The translations under genes were made by a program, and so were the position numbers. The notes under the pieces were generated by a model, which ran no database searches, was not told where the DNA came from, and saw only the letters and a list, made by a program, of their open reading frames with translations. Positions 35,040-43,926 of a stretch of DNA of 64,000 bases are shown piece after piece (within the stretch, counting starts at the first letter, position 1; each line of letters begins with the position of its first letter). Source of the DNA: an uncultured Dehalococcoidaceae bacterium. GTDB lineage: Bacteria; Chloroflexota; Dehalococcoidia; Dehalococcoidales; RBG-16-60-22. The stretch spans positions 211 to 64,210 of the forward strand of contig CAZQQL010000003.1 in NCBI GenBank assembly GCA_964595455.1, read 5' to 3'.

Positions 35040-35594
35040 ATGGAAACGAAAATCACCGGAACCAATCTGGAACTCTCCGCGGATACCCAGAAGTACATCG
35101 AAAGGAAGATCGGCAAACTGAATAAGCACCTGCCGGATATCATCGATACGCGGGTGGAGGTCTCGGAGGAGGGTACCAGGTCTCCCCAGGAACGGATCGT
35201 CGTACGGGTCACTGTCAGCAGCGGCGTGAGTGAAACGGTATTTCACGGCGAGGAGCGGGGCAAGGAAGTAAAGATGGCAGTGGACAAGGTGGCGGACGTC
35301 ATGGTCCGGCAGCTTGAGAGTTATAAAGGCAAGCTGTATGACAAGGGCAGGGGCAATCCTATGGTGCGCGGCCAGTTCCCCACCGCGGAAGAGCTCCCGG
35401 AGCCTGCCGGCAAGCTGGTGAAGACGAAGTCCTTCGTCATCAAGGCGATCACCACGGATACCGCGATACGGGAAATGGAACGGCTGGGGCACAGTTTCTA
35501 TATCTTCCTCGATGCCGACAACGACGAGATCAGGCTGGTCTACCGCCGCAATGACGGTAACTACGGCCTCATCAAGCCGCAGATCCCGGACTAA
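35040..35594 (+). CDS. hpf: Ribosome hibernation-promoting factor, long form
   Basis: N-terminus METKITGTNLELSADTQKYIERKIGKL, and the C-terminal dimerisation block HSFYIFLDADNDEIRLVYRRNDGNYGLI. AGGAGG SD upstream. Confidence 0.9.
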   Translation: METKITGTNLELSADTQKYIERKIGKLNKHLPDIIDTRVEVSEEGTRSPQERIVVRVTVSSGVSETVFHGEERGKEVKMAVDKVADVMVRQLESYKGKLYDKGRGNPMVRGQFPTAEELPEPAGKLVKTKSFVIKAITTDTAIREMERLGHSFYIFLDADNDEIRLVYRRNDGNYGLIKPQIPD

Positions 35595-35618
35595 ACCGTT
35601 GAAGTGAGAAGACAAGGG

Positions 35619-36101
35619 ATGATATATGCAGTCTTTACCACGAGCGCCGGCTGGATGGGCGTAAGAGGCTCAGAAAAGGGGTTAACGTACGTTGCCCTTC
35701 CCCGGCCGGACAAGGACGGCGTTCTCAAAGAACTCGGCGTGACGGACGATGGCGATACAGCGGCATTTGCCGATTTCATCGGGCGCTGTCAGGCCTACTT
35801 CGAGGGCGAACCGGTGGAATTCCCAGACGACGTCGATATATCCTCCGGTACGCCGTTCCAGCAGCGCGCGTGGGAAGCCTGCCGCCGCATTCCCCGCGGC
35901 ACAACGATAAGTTACCGGGACCTTGCGGCTGAAGCCGGGAGTCCCGGAGGGGCACGGGCCGCTGGCGCCGCCATGGCGAGGAACCCGGTTCCCATCGTCG
36001 TGCCTTGCCACAGGGTCGTTGGCTCGGATGGTTCCCTGCACGGCTTCGGCGGGGGGCTGCCGTTGAAGCAGCTGATGCTGGAGATGGAGAAGGAGAGATA
36101 G
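35619..36101 (+). CDS. ogt: Methylated-DNA--protein-cysteine methyltransferase
   Basis: Active site IVVPCHRVV. The start is taken at MIYAVF. Confidence 0.9.
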   Translation: MIYAVFTTSAGWMGVRGSEKGLTYVALPRPDKDGVLKELGVTDDGDTAAFADFIGRCQAYFEGEPVEFPDDVDISSGTPFQQRAWEACRRIPRGTTISYRDLAAEAGSPGGARAAGAAMARNPVPIVVPCHRVVGSDGSLHGFGGGLPLKQLMLEMEKER

Positions 36102-36142
36102 GGTTTCAATATCTCAAAACTTCATCTCAAGGAGAAAATGAT

Positions 36143-36169
36143 GGCCGGGGCGGTTTTTCCGCCCCGGCC
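36143..36169. terminator. Bidirectional GC-rich hairpin between convergent ogt and the ABC ATPase gene
   Basis: GGCCGGGGCGG-TTTTT-CCGCCCCGGCC: 11-bp perfect stem. Confidence 0.7.
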
Positions 36170-36171
36170 GC

Positions 36172-36200
36172 CTTTGACTTTTGACCTTTAACCTTTGACT
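36172..36200. repeat. Tandem heptamer array YTTTRAC (4 units)
   Basis: CTTTGAC TTTTGAC CTTTAAC CTTTGAC. Same unit as the array at 2967-3009. Confidence 0.6.
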
Positions 36201-36202
36201 TT

Positions 36203-37102
36203 TTAATCCACCCCTTCGCCCATCAGCTTGACGTACATGTCCTCCAGGGCGGACTGGCGGACGGAGAGGTCTATCAGCGCCCAGTCCTTCTCGTTGATGT
36301 CCCGCAACAATGAGGCGATGCTGCCTACGTCGGACGTGGTGAAGACGTAATTCTCGCCCTGCTTCTCGTAGTCGAGTTCATCGTCTGTCTTGAAGACCAC
36401 CTCGTACTCACGCTTACCAAGCTTCTCCCGGATGGCTTCAATCGTATCGCAGATATAGATGTTGCCGTTCTTCATGATAGCCACGCGGTCGCAGATGTAT
36501 TCCACGTGGAAGAGGTTATGGGCGCTGAGGATGACGGTCTTGCCGGCCTGGTTAAGCTTCTTGAGGTAGTCGATGATGAAGAAGGAGGTGAGGGGATCGA
36601 GGCCGGAGTTCGGCTCGTCCAGGACGAGGATATCCGGGTCGTGCAGGAGCGTCCGGGCGATAGCTACCTTCCGTCTCATGCCCTTGGAGAGGTCGCCGGT
36701 GAACTTGTCCCGGTCTTCCAGCTTGAGCTGCCCGAGCAGGTCCTCGATTCGTTCCTTCACCGTCGCCTTGTCCAGCCGGTACAGTTCCCCGAAGAACTCC
36801 AGGTACTGCCGGATCGTCATGTTCTCGTAGAGGGGGCTTTCCTCCGGCAGGTAGCCGATGTGCCGCTTGACCTCGGTGCTGTTCCGCGTCATGTCTCTGC
36901 CCATCACGGTCAGTGTGCCGCCGGTGGGGGCCAGCAGCCCGACGATCATCTTGAGCGTGGTCGTCTTGCCGGCGCCGTTGTGGCCGATGATTCCGAGTAT
37001 TTCCCCCTGCCTGATATGCAGGTTAACACCATTGACCGCGGTGAAGTTCTTATATACCTTGGTAATAGCATCCAAAGTAATGATACCGGATTCATCGTTC
37101 AT
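36203..37102 (-). CDS. ABC transporter ATP-binding protein (ABC-2 subfamily type)
   Basis: The start is taken at MNDESGIITLDAITKVY (37102), preceded by GAAGGAA. Walker A GHNGAGKTT, signature LSKGMRRK, Walker B ILVLDEP. The track ORF extending to 37513 is an over-extension. Confidence 0.9.
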   Translation of the reverse strand: MNDESGIITLDAITKVYKNFTAVNGVNLHIRQGEILGIIGHNGAGKTTTLKMIVGLLAPTGGTLTVMGRDMTRNSTEVKRHIGYLPEESPLYENMTIRQYLEFFGELYRLDKATVKERIEDLLGQLKLEDRDKFTGDLSKGMRRKVAIARTLLHDPDILVLDEPNSGLDPLTSFFIIDYLKKLNQAGKTVILSAHNLFHVEYICDRVAIMKNGNIYICDTIEAIREKLGKREYEVVFKTDDELDYEKQGENYVFTTSDVGSIASLLRDINEKDWALIDLSVRQSALEDMYVKLMGEGVD

Positions 37103-37120
37103 CAGGGGTTCCTTCTTTCT

Positions 37121-39073
37121 GTGAGAATAATACTGACCGTTGCCAGACGTGAAATAACCCGCCTCAAGAGCAGGTTCAGCGGCAAGTCCCGGGCCATTGT
37201 GTTCGGCGTGCTGGCGCTGACCATCATCAGTTCCCTCGTACTCTACCATCAGGACCTCGCGGTGAGCAAGGGTATCTACACCATCGGAGCTTCGCCAAAC
37301 AGCCCAATTATCGAAGACAGCCGCTTCCGCGTGGCCGTCATGGAACCGGAAGCCGGGTACAAGGCGCTGGAGGATGGGTTCATCGACCTGTATCTGGATG
37401 GCAATGAGATTGCCGCTCAGGGCGAGCGCGGCCACCACGCCATGTCCGCCCTGACGAAGTACCTTCAGAAGCAGGAACTCCTCACTATTGCCGCGGAATA
37501 TGAGATTGAGCAAGCCTTCCCGCTGCGTATCCAGGTCACCACCGTCGATACCGCGTCCGGAGGCATCGTCGCGGCAGCGGAAGATGACAGGGATATCAAC
37601 ACCGCCGGATTTGAGCCGGGCATCATGCCTGACGGGCCGCCGGTATTCTTTCCCGAAGAAGAACCGGTCACTGTACCGGAACCGGACTCGACCGTAACGC
37701 CGGCCGGCGTACTGCCGGACATCGCCATCACGCCGGACGGACCCCAGGTGAAGGACGACATCATCGCCGCGATTACAGGAGACCTCGTTGATGAAACGGA
37801 TGATGTACAGAATGCCGCTTCTTTACCGGTGACTACTGCCGACGCAGCTGATACCAACGATGCCGTCCGCCAGCAGCTTGTCGAATTCGCCGAGAGGGGC
37901 ACGCTGCCGGAGTTCAAGGCGGAGTTCATCGCCGAGAACGATATCATCATTCCCTCCCTCATGAACCCGCCGATACCGCTGGCCCAGGTCATTATCACCT
38001 TCTTCTACGTGGTGCCGGTCTTCTTCATCAGCCTGTTCTTCACCAGCAGTTTTACGGAGGAAAAGATCAGCCGCAAGCTCCTCATCCTCCTTTCCGCCCC
38101 GGTCACGCGGCTCCAGGTCATCCTTGGCAAGATGGCCCCGTACCTGGTCTATTCAATCCTCGTCATCATCGGCGTGACGCTGGCGATGGGCGGTAACGTC
38201 CTGCTCGGGCTGGCTATCTTCACGCCGGTCATGCTCTTCATCTTTGCCATCTATCTCATGGTGGCGCTGACCTACCGCACGTTCAAGGACCAGACGTTCT
38301 TCTCCGTGCTGGCGTTGTCCGTCGTGACCGTCTACCTGGTCGGGCCGGCCATGTTCACCGGCGTTAACGACCTCAGCTACATCTCACCGCTGACCCTGGC
38401 GGTGGAGATGTACCGAGGCGAATCGTTTACCATCTCCCAGTACTTCCTGGCGACCTCCCCGCTGCTGCTCGTCTTCGGCGGCACGATGTACGTCGGCACC
38501 CGCGTCCTCAACGAGGAGTACCTCATGGGCTTCCGTCCGCTGCACCGCAAGGTCGCCGAGGCTATTTATGCTACCCTGGACCGGGCGCACATCAACATCT
38601 CCATCTTCATTATGGGCATGGCGTTCGTGCCGGTCGTCTTCATGGCGGAACTGGCGGCGGTGGCCCTCGTGACCAACCTGCCGGTGCCGTTCATGCTTGG
38701 CGGCATGATGATCGTCTCCGTCGTCATCGAAGAGATCGCCAAGTCCGCCAGCGTCGTCATTTTGGCGCAGAACCGGGCGCTGAAAGGCGTGAAGGAAGCC
38801 CTCCGGCTGGGGGTGCTCTCTGCCGTGGGTTTCATGCTCATGGAAAAGCTGGTGCTGTACGTGGTGCTGAGCGTCGTGGACGATTCCCTGTTCCTCAGGG
38901 CGCTCTCCGGCGGTGGCTTGCTGGTGCTGCCGCTCATCCTCCATGTTGTTTCGACGACCTTCGTCTGCTTCCTGACCTCTAAATTCGGGACGAGGTACTA
39001 TCCGCTCGGGCTGCTGGTGGGCAGTCTCGTCCATCTGGCGTACAATATGGCGATCGTGGGGGCGGCGTTATGA
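37121..39073 (+). CDS. ABC-2-type permease fused to a C-terminal PrsW-like intramembrane protease domain
   Basis: GTG 37121 gives MRIILTVARREITRLK plus TM1. This is followed by a ~260-aa acidic loop, a multi-TM ABC-2 core, then motifs EEIAK (38729 onward), GFMLMEK and HLAYN (39032 onward), which resemble PrsW/CPBP glutamic proteases. The track start at 36506 is antisense to the ATPase gene. Confidence 0.6.
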   Translation: MRIILTVARREITRLKSRFSGKSRAIVFGVLALTIISSLVLYHQDLAVSKGIYTIGASPNSPIIEDSRFRVAVMEPEAGYKALEDGFIDLYLDGNEIAAQGERGHHAMSALTKYLQKQELLTIAAEYEIEQAFPLRIQVTTVDTASGGIVAAAEDDRDINTAGFEPGIMPDGPPVFFPEEEPVTVPEPDSTVTPAGVLPDIAITPDGPQVKDDIIAAITGDLVDETDDVQNAASLPVTTADAADTNDAVRQQLVEFAERGTLPEFKAEFIAENDIIIPSLMNPPIPLAQVIITFFYVVPVFFISLFFTSSFTEEKISRKLLILLSAPVTRLQVILGKMAPYLVYSILVIIGVTLAMGGNVLLGLAIFTPVMLFIFAIYLMVALTYRTFKDQTFFSVLALSVVTVYLVGPAMFTGVNDLSYISPLTLAVEMYRGESFTISQYFLATSPLLLVFGGTMYVGTRVLNEEYLMGFRPLHRKVAEAIYATLDRAHINISIFIMGMAFVPVVFMAELAAVALVTNLPVPFMLGGMMIVSVVIEEIAKSASVVILAQNRALKGVKEALRLGVLSAVGFMLMEKLVLYVVLSVVDDSLFLRALSGGGLLVLPLILHVVSTTFVCFLTSKFGTRYYPLGLLVGSLVHLAYNMAIVGAAL

Positions 39074-40134
39074 GAGGTTTCCTGGCGCTTATCAAGCGTG
39101 AACTGAGGTCGATCCTGCGGGAAAAGACCATCATGTTCGCCATCATGGTGCAGTTCTGCATCGCGGCGTTCTCCTCGGTCATTCTTGTCGGCATCATGGC
39201 GTTCTACGATCCCTCCTCCATCGGCGACACCACGGATATCAAGGTTCGCGCCGGTATTGTGTACGATGCAGCCCGCGATAGCCATAACCCGGAAATGTCG
39301 GCGCTGATGAGGTACCTGAGCGAAGGCGGGGTGCGCTGGTTTGCCTACTATGAGCGCGAGGGCGCCGAAGACGCCTTCAAACGCGGCCGCATCGACACGA
39401 TCATCTCTATGAGCAGGAGCGCTGATGGCGTGGTGGACATGCAGCTCGTCATGCCGGAACTGGACACGAAGAAGACCATCGTCTTCATGGTGCTGGACGA
39501 ACCTTTGAAGAAGTTCGAGAACCACCTCCGGCTGGAGCAGGGAGTCGAACTGATGTACCCGAACCTCGGGGGGGAATCCAGCACCACCTACGAGTTCCTG
39601 TTCTCGCTCGTCGTGCCGATACTCATGCTGTTCCCGGCGCTCATCGCCGGCAGTATCGTCATCGATTCCATTTCCGAGGAGTTCGAGAACAAGACCTTCG
39701 ATACGCTGGCAGCGGCCCCGGTCTCGCTCTTCCAGGTAGTTTCCTCCAAGGTCGGCGCGGCCGTTCTGACTGCGGCGGTCCAGATAGGGATGTGGATAGG
39801 CCTGCTCCGTCTGAACGATATCCGGGTGGAGAACGCCGGCATGGTGGCTGGTCTTGGTATCGCGATTGCGCTGGGTATTTCAGCGGTGACGGCCTTCATC
39901 TCGATGTACTTCAAGGACCGGGAGCGTACCCAGTTCGTCTATTCCATCTCGCTGGTCGTGCTGATCGCCGGGAGCTACTTCCTGGACCCGTCGCCGTTCG
40001 GGTTGATTACCCGCCTCGCCTCCGGTTCTCCCGGCGCCGGTGTGCTGCAGGTCGTCCTGTATGCCGTACCGCTGGTGCTGGCCGGCTGGCTGCTGGTGGG
40101 TCTGTCCCGCAGACTGGTGCTGGTACGTAAGTAA
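39070..40134 (+). CDS. ABC-2-type permease
   Basis: 354 aa. N-terminus MRGFLALIKRELRSILREKT, then TM1, a large loop and 5 TM segments. ATGA overlap with the preceding gene. Confidence 0.7.
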   Translation: MRGFLALIKRELRSILREKTIMFAIMVQFCIAAFSSVILVGIMAFYDPSSIGDTTDIKVRAGIVYDAARDSHNPEMSALMRYLSEGGVRWFAYYEREGAEDAFKRGRIDTIISMSRSADGVVDMQLVMPELDTKKTIVFMVLDEPLKKFENHLRLEQGVELMYPNLGGESSTTYEFLFSLVVPILMLFPALIAGSIVIDSISEEFENKTFDTLAAAPVSLFQVVSSKVGAAVLTAAVQIGMWIGLLRLNDIRVENAGMVAGLGIAIALGISAVTAFISMYFKDRERTQFVYSISLVVLIAGSYFLDPSPFGLITRLASGSPGAGVLQVVLYAVPLVLAGWLLVGLSRRLVLVRK

Positions 40135-40175
40135 CTATTGGCCTTACGGGCCGGTCTGGTGTTATAATCACTCCA

Positions 40176-41180
40176 ATGGTAACCGCGATTACCGGCGCTA
40201 CCGGACACATCGGCATCAACCTGGTGCGGCTGCTCCTCGAAAAGGGACGGGAGGTCCGCTGCATCATCCACGTCCACAACCGGGGACTCGAAGACCTGGG
40301 CGTCGAGACGGTCTCCGGGGACGTCAGGGACGTGGATTCCCTCGTCAAGGCCTTCCAGGGGGCCGATGTCGTCTATCACCTCGCCAGCCGGATATCCATT
40401 TCTTTGGCTGACTGGAACGAGGTCAAGGCCATCAACATCAGCGGGACGCGGAACGTCCTCGAAGCCTGCCGCAGTGCCGGGGTCCGGCGGCTTGTCCATT
40501 TCAGTTCCATCCATGCCATACAGCAGGAACCTTTTTCCAGTCCGGTCGATGAGACCAGGCCGCTCGTGGACGGAATGGCCGCCCCGTATGACCGCTCCAA
40601 GGCCGCCAGCGAGCGGGACGTTCTGACGGCGGTCAAAGACGGGCTGGACGCGGTCATCGTTTCACCGACCGCCGTCATCGGGCCGTATGACTGCGAACCT
40701 TCCTTCTTCGGGGACGCATTGCTGCGCATAGCGCACAAGAAGCTGCCGGCGCTGGTCGGTGCGGGGTTCGACTGGGTGGACGCACGGGACGTCGCGGCCG
40801 GGGCGGTCGCCGCGGAAGAACGAGGCAAGACCGGCTCCAAGTACCTCCTGGCTGGCGAATGGGTCTCCATACCGGATATCGCCTTTATGATGGAAGAAAT
40901 CATCGGCAACGTTTGTACGAGGCGAACGGTGCCGTTATGGCTGGCCGCCGCCAGCGCGCCGCTGGTGGAAACCTGGTGCAAACTGACGAAAACACGGCCG
41001 CTATATACGAAGATGTCTCTCGGTGCCTTGCGGAGCAACCGGCGTATCAGCCATGAAAAAGCGGCGCGGGAACTGGGATATACCGCACGGTCTTTCCGCG
41101 AATCCCTGAGAGATACGCTGGCATGGTACGCGGAAGCTGGCATGCTGACCTGCCGCCTGCCCGCCGGAGGCCTGCAATGA
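40176..41180 (+). CDS. NAD(P)-dependent epimerase/dehydratase (extended SDR, dihydroflavonol-reductase-like)
   Basis: Rossmann motif ITGATGHIG and the catalytic block YDRSK. Confidence 0.85.
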   Translation: MVTAITGATGHIGINLVRLLLEKGREVRCIIHVHNRGLEDLGVETVSGDVRDVDSLVKAFQGADVVYHLASRISISLADWNEVKAINISGTRNVLEACRSAGVRRLVHFSSIHAIQQEPFSSPVDETRPLVDGMAAPYDRSKAASERDVLTAVKDGLDAVIVSPTAVIGPYDCEPSFFGDALLRIAHKKLPALVGAGFDWVDARDVAAGAVAAEERGKTGSKYLLAGEWVSIPDIAFMMEEIIGNVCTRRTVPLWLAAASAPLVETWCKLTKTRPLYTKMSLGALRSNRRISHEKAARELGYTARSFRESLRDTLAWYAEAGMLTCRLPAGGLQ

Positions 41181-41938
41181 GTGAGTCCACGTTCTTCAAC
41201 GCACTGCTGGTAAGTTCCTTTGCCGTGGCCGCCGTTATCTTCATCAGTCTCTTTTTCATCGCGGCCCCGTACGGGCGGCATACGCGGAGAGGGTGGGGTC
41301 CCTCCGTGGATAACCGGCTCGGCTGGATACTCATGGAAATGATGTCGCCCATATTATTCGGCTGGCTGTTCCTCACCGGGACCGTGACCGCAGGCGTCGT
41401 ACCGCTGGTCTTCGTGGTGATGTGGGAAAGCCACTACATCCACCGGGCTTTCATTTACCCGTTCAGCCTGCGCGGCAATGATAAACGGATGCCGGTGACC
41501 ATCATCTTCTTCGGGCTTATTTTCAATCTGATGAACGCCTACCTCAATGGCCGGTATCTGTTCCATTACTCGGACGGATACGGCAGCGAGTGGCTGAACG
41601 ATCCCCGGTTTATCGGCGGGGTAGCGCTGTTCGTGGCGGGCTATATCATCAACCGGCAATCGGACCTGGCGCTGCGGGCGTTACGTCAGTCCGGCGAATC
41701 CGGCTACAAGATCTGCAACAGCACGTTTTACAAACTAGTTTCCTGCCCGAACTACCTGGGCGAGATCGTTATCTGGAGCGGCTGGGCTCTGGCGACATGG
41801 TCGCTGCCGGGCCTGGCGTTCGCCGTCTGGACCATCGCCAACCTGGCCCCGAGAGCGCGCGCCCATCATGCCTGGTACAAGGAAACGTTCCCCGACTATC
41901 CTGAGGAGCGTAAAGCCCTGCTGCCGGGTATCTGGTAG
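41177..41938 (+). CDS. 3-oxo-5-alpha-steroid 4-dehydrogenase / DUF1295-type membrane reductase family
   Basis: The start is taken at MSESTFF (ATGA overlap). Multi-TM protein with CPNYLGEIVIWSGWAL. Confidence 0.7.
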   Translation: MSESTFFNALLVSSFAVAAVIFISLFFIAAPYGRHTRRGWGPSVDNRLGWILMEMMSPILFGWLFLTGTVTAGVVPLVFVVMWESHYIHRAFIYPFSLRGNDKRMPVTIIFFGLIFNLMNAYLNGRYLFHYSDGYGSEWLNDPRFIGGVALFVAGYIINRQSDLALRALRQSGESGYKICNSTFYKLVSCPNYLGEIVIWSGWALATWSLPGLAFAVWTIANLAPRARAHHAWYKETFPDYPEERKALLPGIW

Positions 41939-41980
41939 GGGAAAGTAAAGATTAGAAACTAAAATCTGAAAGATCCCGGC

Positions 41981-42649
41981 CTAACCTGACCTCTTGACCA
42001 TGATAAGTGAAGCGGGGTCTTTGCCGATGGCGCGGGTCGCGCCGTCGATCTCCACCGTCAGCGTCCCGTCCACGGCGGCTTTTTCCACTACTTTCACCTT
42101 GACGCCCGGCCCCAGGCCGATGCTGGTCAGGTAGCGCAGGAATTCGGCGTCCCGTTCGATGAGGACGTTGGTCATCGTGCCGGATTCTCCGGGTTCCAGT
42201 GCCGCGAGGATGGTACGGGGAACGGCGGCATACTTGAGGTCCTTGTCCGGGATGGGGCTGCCGTGGGGGCAGACCGCCGGGTTGCCGAGGTATTGGGAGA
42301 GCCGGTCCGCGACTGTTTCCGTGGTGCTGTGTTCAAGGGAGCATGCCTGCTCGTAGACCTCGTCCCATCCCAGTCCGAGGTGCTTGTTGAGAAAGACTTC
42401 CCAGAGCCGGTGGCGGCGGGTCAGGTGTAGGTACCTGTGACGGCCTTCTTCCGTCAGGCTGGCCCCGCCGTAAGGGGTGTGGGTCACGAGGCCTTTGTCC
42501 GCCAGCCGGCGCAGCATTTCACTGACCGACGCCAGGGAAACCCCCATGCTCCGCGCGATGGCGGTGGTGCTGACGGGGTTTTCACGCTCTTCCAGCGTCC
42601 CGATAGCTTCGAGGTACTCTTCAGTTGTCTGGGTCATCGGTTCCTGCAT
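41981..42649 (-). CDS. DtxR/IdeR/MntR-family metal-dependent repressor with C-terminal FeoA/SH3-like domain
   Basis: Blocks TEEYLEAI, the HTH ARSMGVSLASVSEMLRRL, and RRHRLWEVFL. Confidence 0.9.
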   Translation of the reverse strand: MQEPMTQTTEEYLEAIGTLEERENPVSTTAIARSMGVSLASVSEMLRRLADKGLVTHTPYGGASLTEEGRHRYLHLTRRHRLWEVFLNKHLGLGWDEVYEQACSLEHSTTETVADRLSQYLGNPAVCPHGSPIPDKDLKYAAVPRTILAALEPGESGTMTNVLIERDAEFLRYLTSIGLGPGVKVKVVEKAAVDGTLTVEIDGATRAIGKDPASLIMVKRSG

Positions 42650-42718
42650 ATCTATTAAGCATTCTAGGGGATAAGTTCGCCGCTGTCAACATATTAACAT
42701 GGTATAACGAATAAATAT

Positions 42719-42759
42719 ATTAGGGTACCCTTGAATTTGCCCGGTTATTCTGGTATAGT
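42719..42759 (+). promoter_or_regulatory. feoA promoter overlapped by a palindromic candidate DtxR-family operator
   Basis: Perfect palindrome AGGGTACCCT at 42722-42731, within ATTAGGGTACCCTTGAAT. TTGAAT at 42731-42736, 17-nt spacer, TATAGT at 42754-42759. Confidence 0.45.
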
Positions 42760-42779
42760 GAAGCTGGAGGATTACACTT

Positions 42780-43250
42780 ATGACAACCAGACCTCTCAGT
42801 GAAATGGGGCCGGATGAGCGCGGCGTCATTGTGCGTGTCGGAGGGACGGGTGAAATACGGCGGCGACTGCTGGACATGGGCGTCGTGGCCGGGGCGGAAG
42901 TTGAAGTAGAGCGGGTGGCCCCGCTGGGCGACCCGATACAGATAAAGGTCAAGGGCTATGACCTTGCCCTGCGCAAGGGTGAAGCCGAAAAGATTCTTGT
43001 CAATGAAACAATCGGCCCGCTGGTGTATGCGGAAATCGGAAAGGCGCTGACCGTCGTCAGCGTCCGGGCCGGATGGGGCCTGCAGAGGCGGTTACGGGGC
43101 ATGGGGATACAGCCGGGAACAACACTGACAATCCTCAGCGCCGGAAGACCAGGCCAGTTCATGGTGGAAGCCGGGGGGTCACGCCTGGCCCTGGGGCACG
43201 GTATGGCCGCTAAAATCCTGGTAAAGTCAGAGGTTTCCCATGGCTCCTAG
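42780..43250 (+). CDS. feoA: FeoA-family protein with two tandem FeoA domains
   Basis: 156 aa with two copies of the G......RL.(D/G)MG(V/I)..G motif. Confidence 0.85.
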   Translation: MTTRPLSEMGPDERGVIVRVGGTGEIRRRLLDMGVVAGAEVEVERVAPLGDPIQIKVKGYDLALRKGEAEKILVNETIGPLVYAEIGKALTVVSVRAGWGLQRRLRGMGIQPGTTLTILSAGRPGQFMVEAGGSRLALGHGMAAKILVKSEVSHGS

Positions 43251-43926
43251 AACTATAACCGTCGCACTGGCCGGCAACCCGAATTCCGGCAAAACAACGG
43301 TATTCAACGTCCTGACCGGCGCACGCCAGCATACCGGCAACTGGCCGGGCGTCACCGTGGAAAAAAAGGAAGGTTACTGTTCGATGGGAGGATGCCGGAT
43401 AACCGTCGTGGACCTGCCCGGCGTATACAGCCTGACCGCCTATTCCCTCGATGAAGTAGTCGCCCGGGACTATGTAGTGGATGCCCAGCCGGATGTGGTC
43501 GTGGACGTCGTGGACGCTTCCAACCTGGAACGGAACCTCTACCTGACCGTGCAGCTCCTGGAAATGCAGGTAAAGATGGTCATTGCCCTGAACATGATGG
43601 ACGTCGCCAAGGCGAGAGGCCATGAAATCGACATCCCGAGGCTGTCCGAACTTCTGGGCGTCCCGGTGGTACCGATGGTGGCCGCCCGCGGTGAAGGCGT
43701 TGAAGAATTACTGGACACCGTGATCAAGGTGGCTGAGGGCTCGCTGCCGTCCCATGGCGCCGGGATCCATTACGGGCAGGACGTGGAAAACGAAATCACA
43801 ACGCTGGAAACGGCCATCAACGGGTCAACATCCAACGGTAAATATTCCCCCCGCTGGCTGGCGGTCAAACTACTGGAAAATGATGCCGAAATCATAGAAA
43901 AGGTGAAACAGGCCGGTGGAAAGTAA
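43240..43926 (+). CDS. feoB: Ferrous iron transporter FeoB, N-terminal GTPase (G) domain piece
   Basis: G1 motif GNPNSGKTT, then DLPG and ALNMMD. The ORF ends with ...EKVKQAGGK*. Confidence 0.9.
   Translation: MAPRTITVALAGNPNSGKTTVFNVLTGARQHTGNWPGVTVEKKEGYCSMGGCRITVVDLPGVYSLTAYSLDEVVARDYVVDAQPDVVVDVVDASNLERNLYLTVQLLEMQVKMVIALNMMDVAKARGHEIDIPRLSELLGVPVVPMVAARGEGVEELLDTVIKVAEGSLPSHGAGIHYGQDVENEITTLETAINGSTSNGKYSPRWLAVKLLENDAEIIEKVKQAGGK

Noticed and set aside
36506-37120. 5' 205 codons of the 855-aa plus-strand ORF
   Set aside because: This part is antisense to the ABC ATPase gene and is not protein-like. The membrane protein starts plausibly at GTG 37121.
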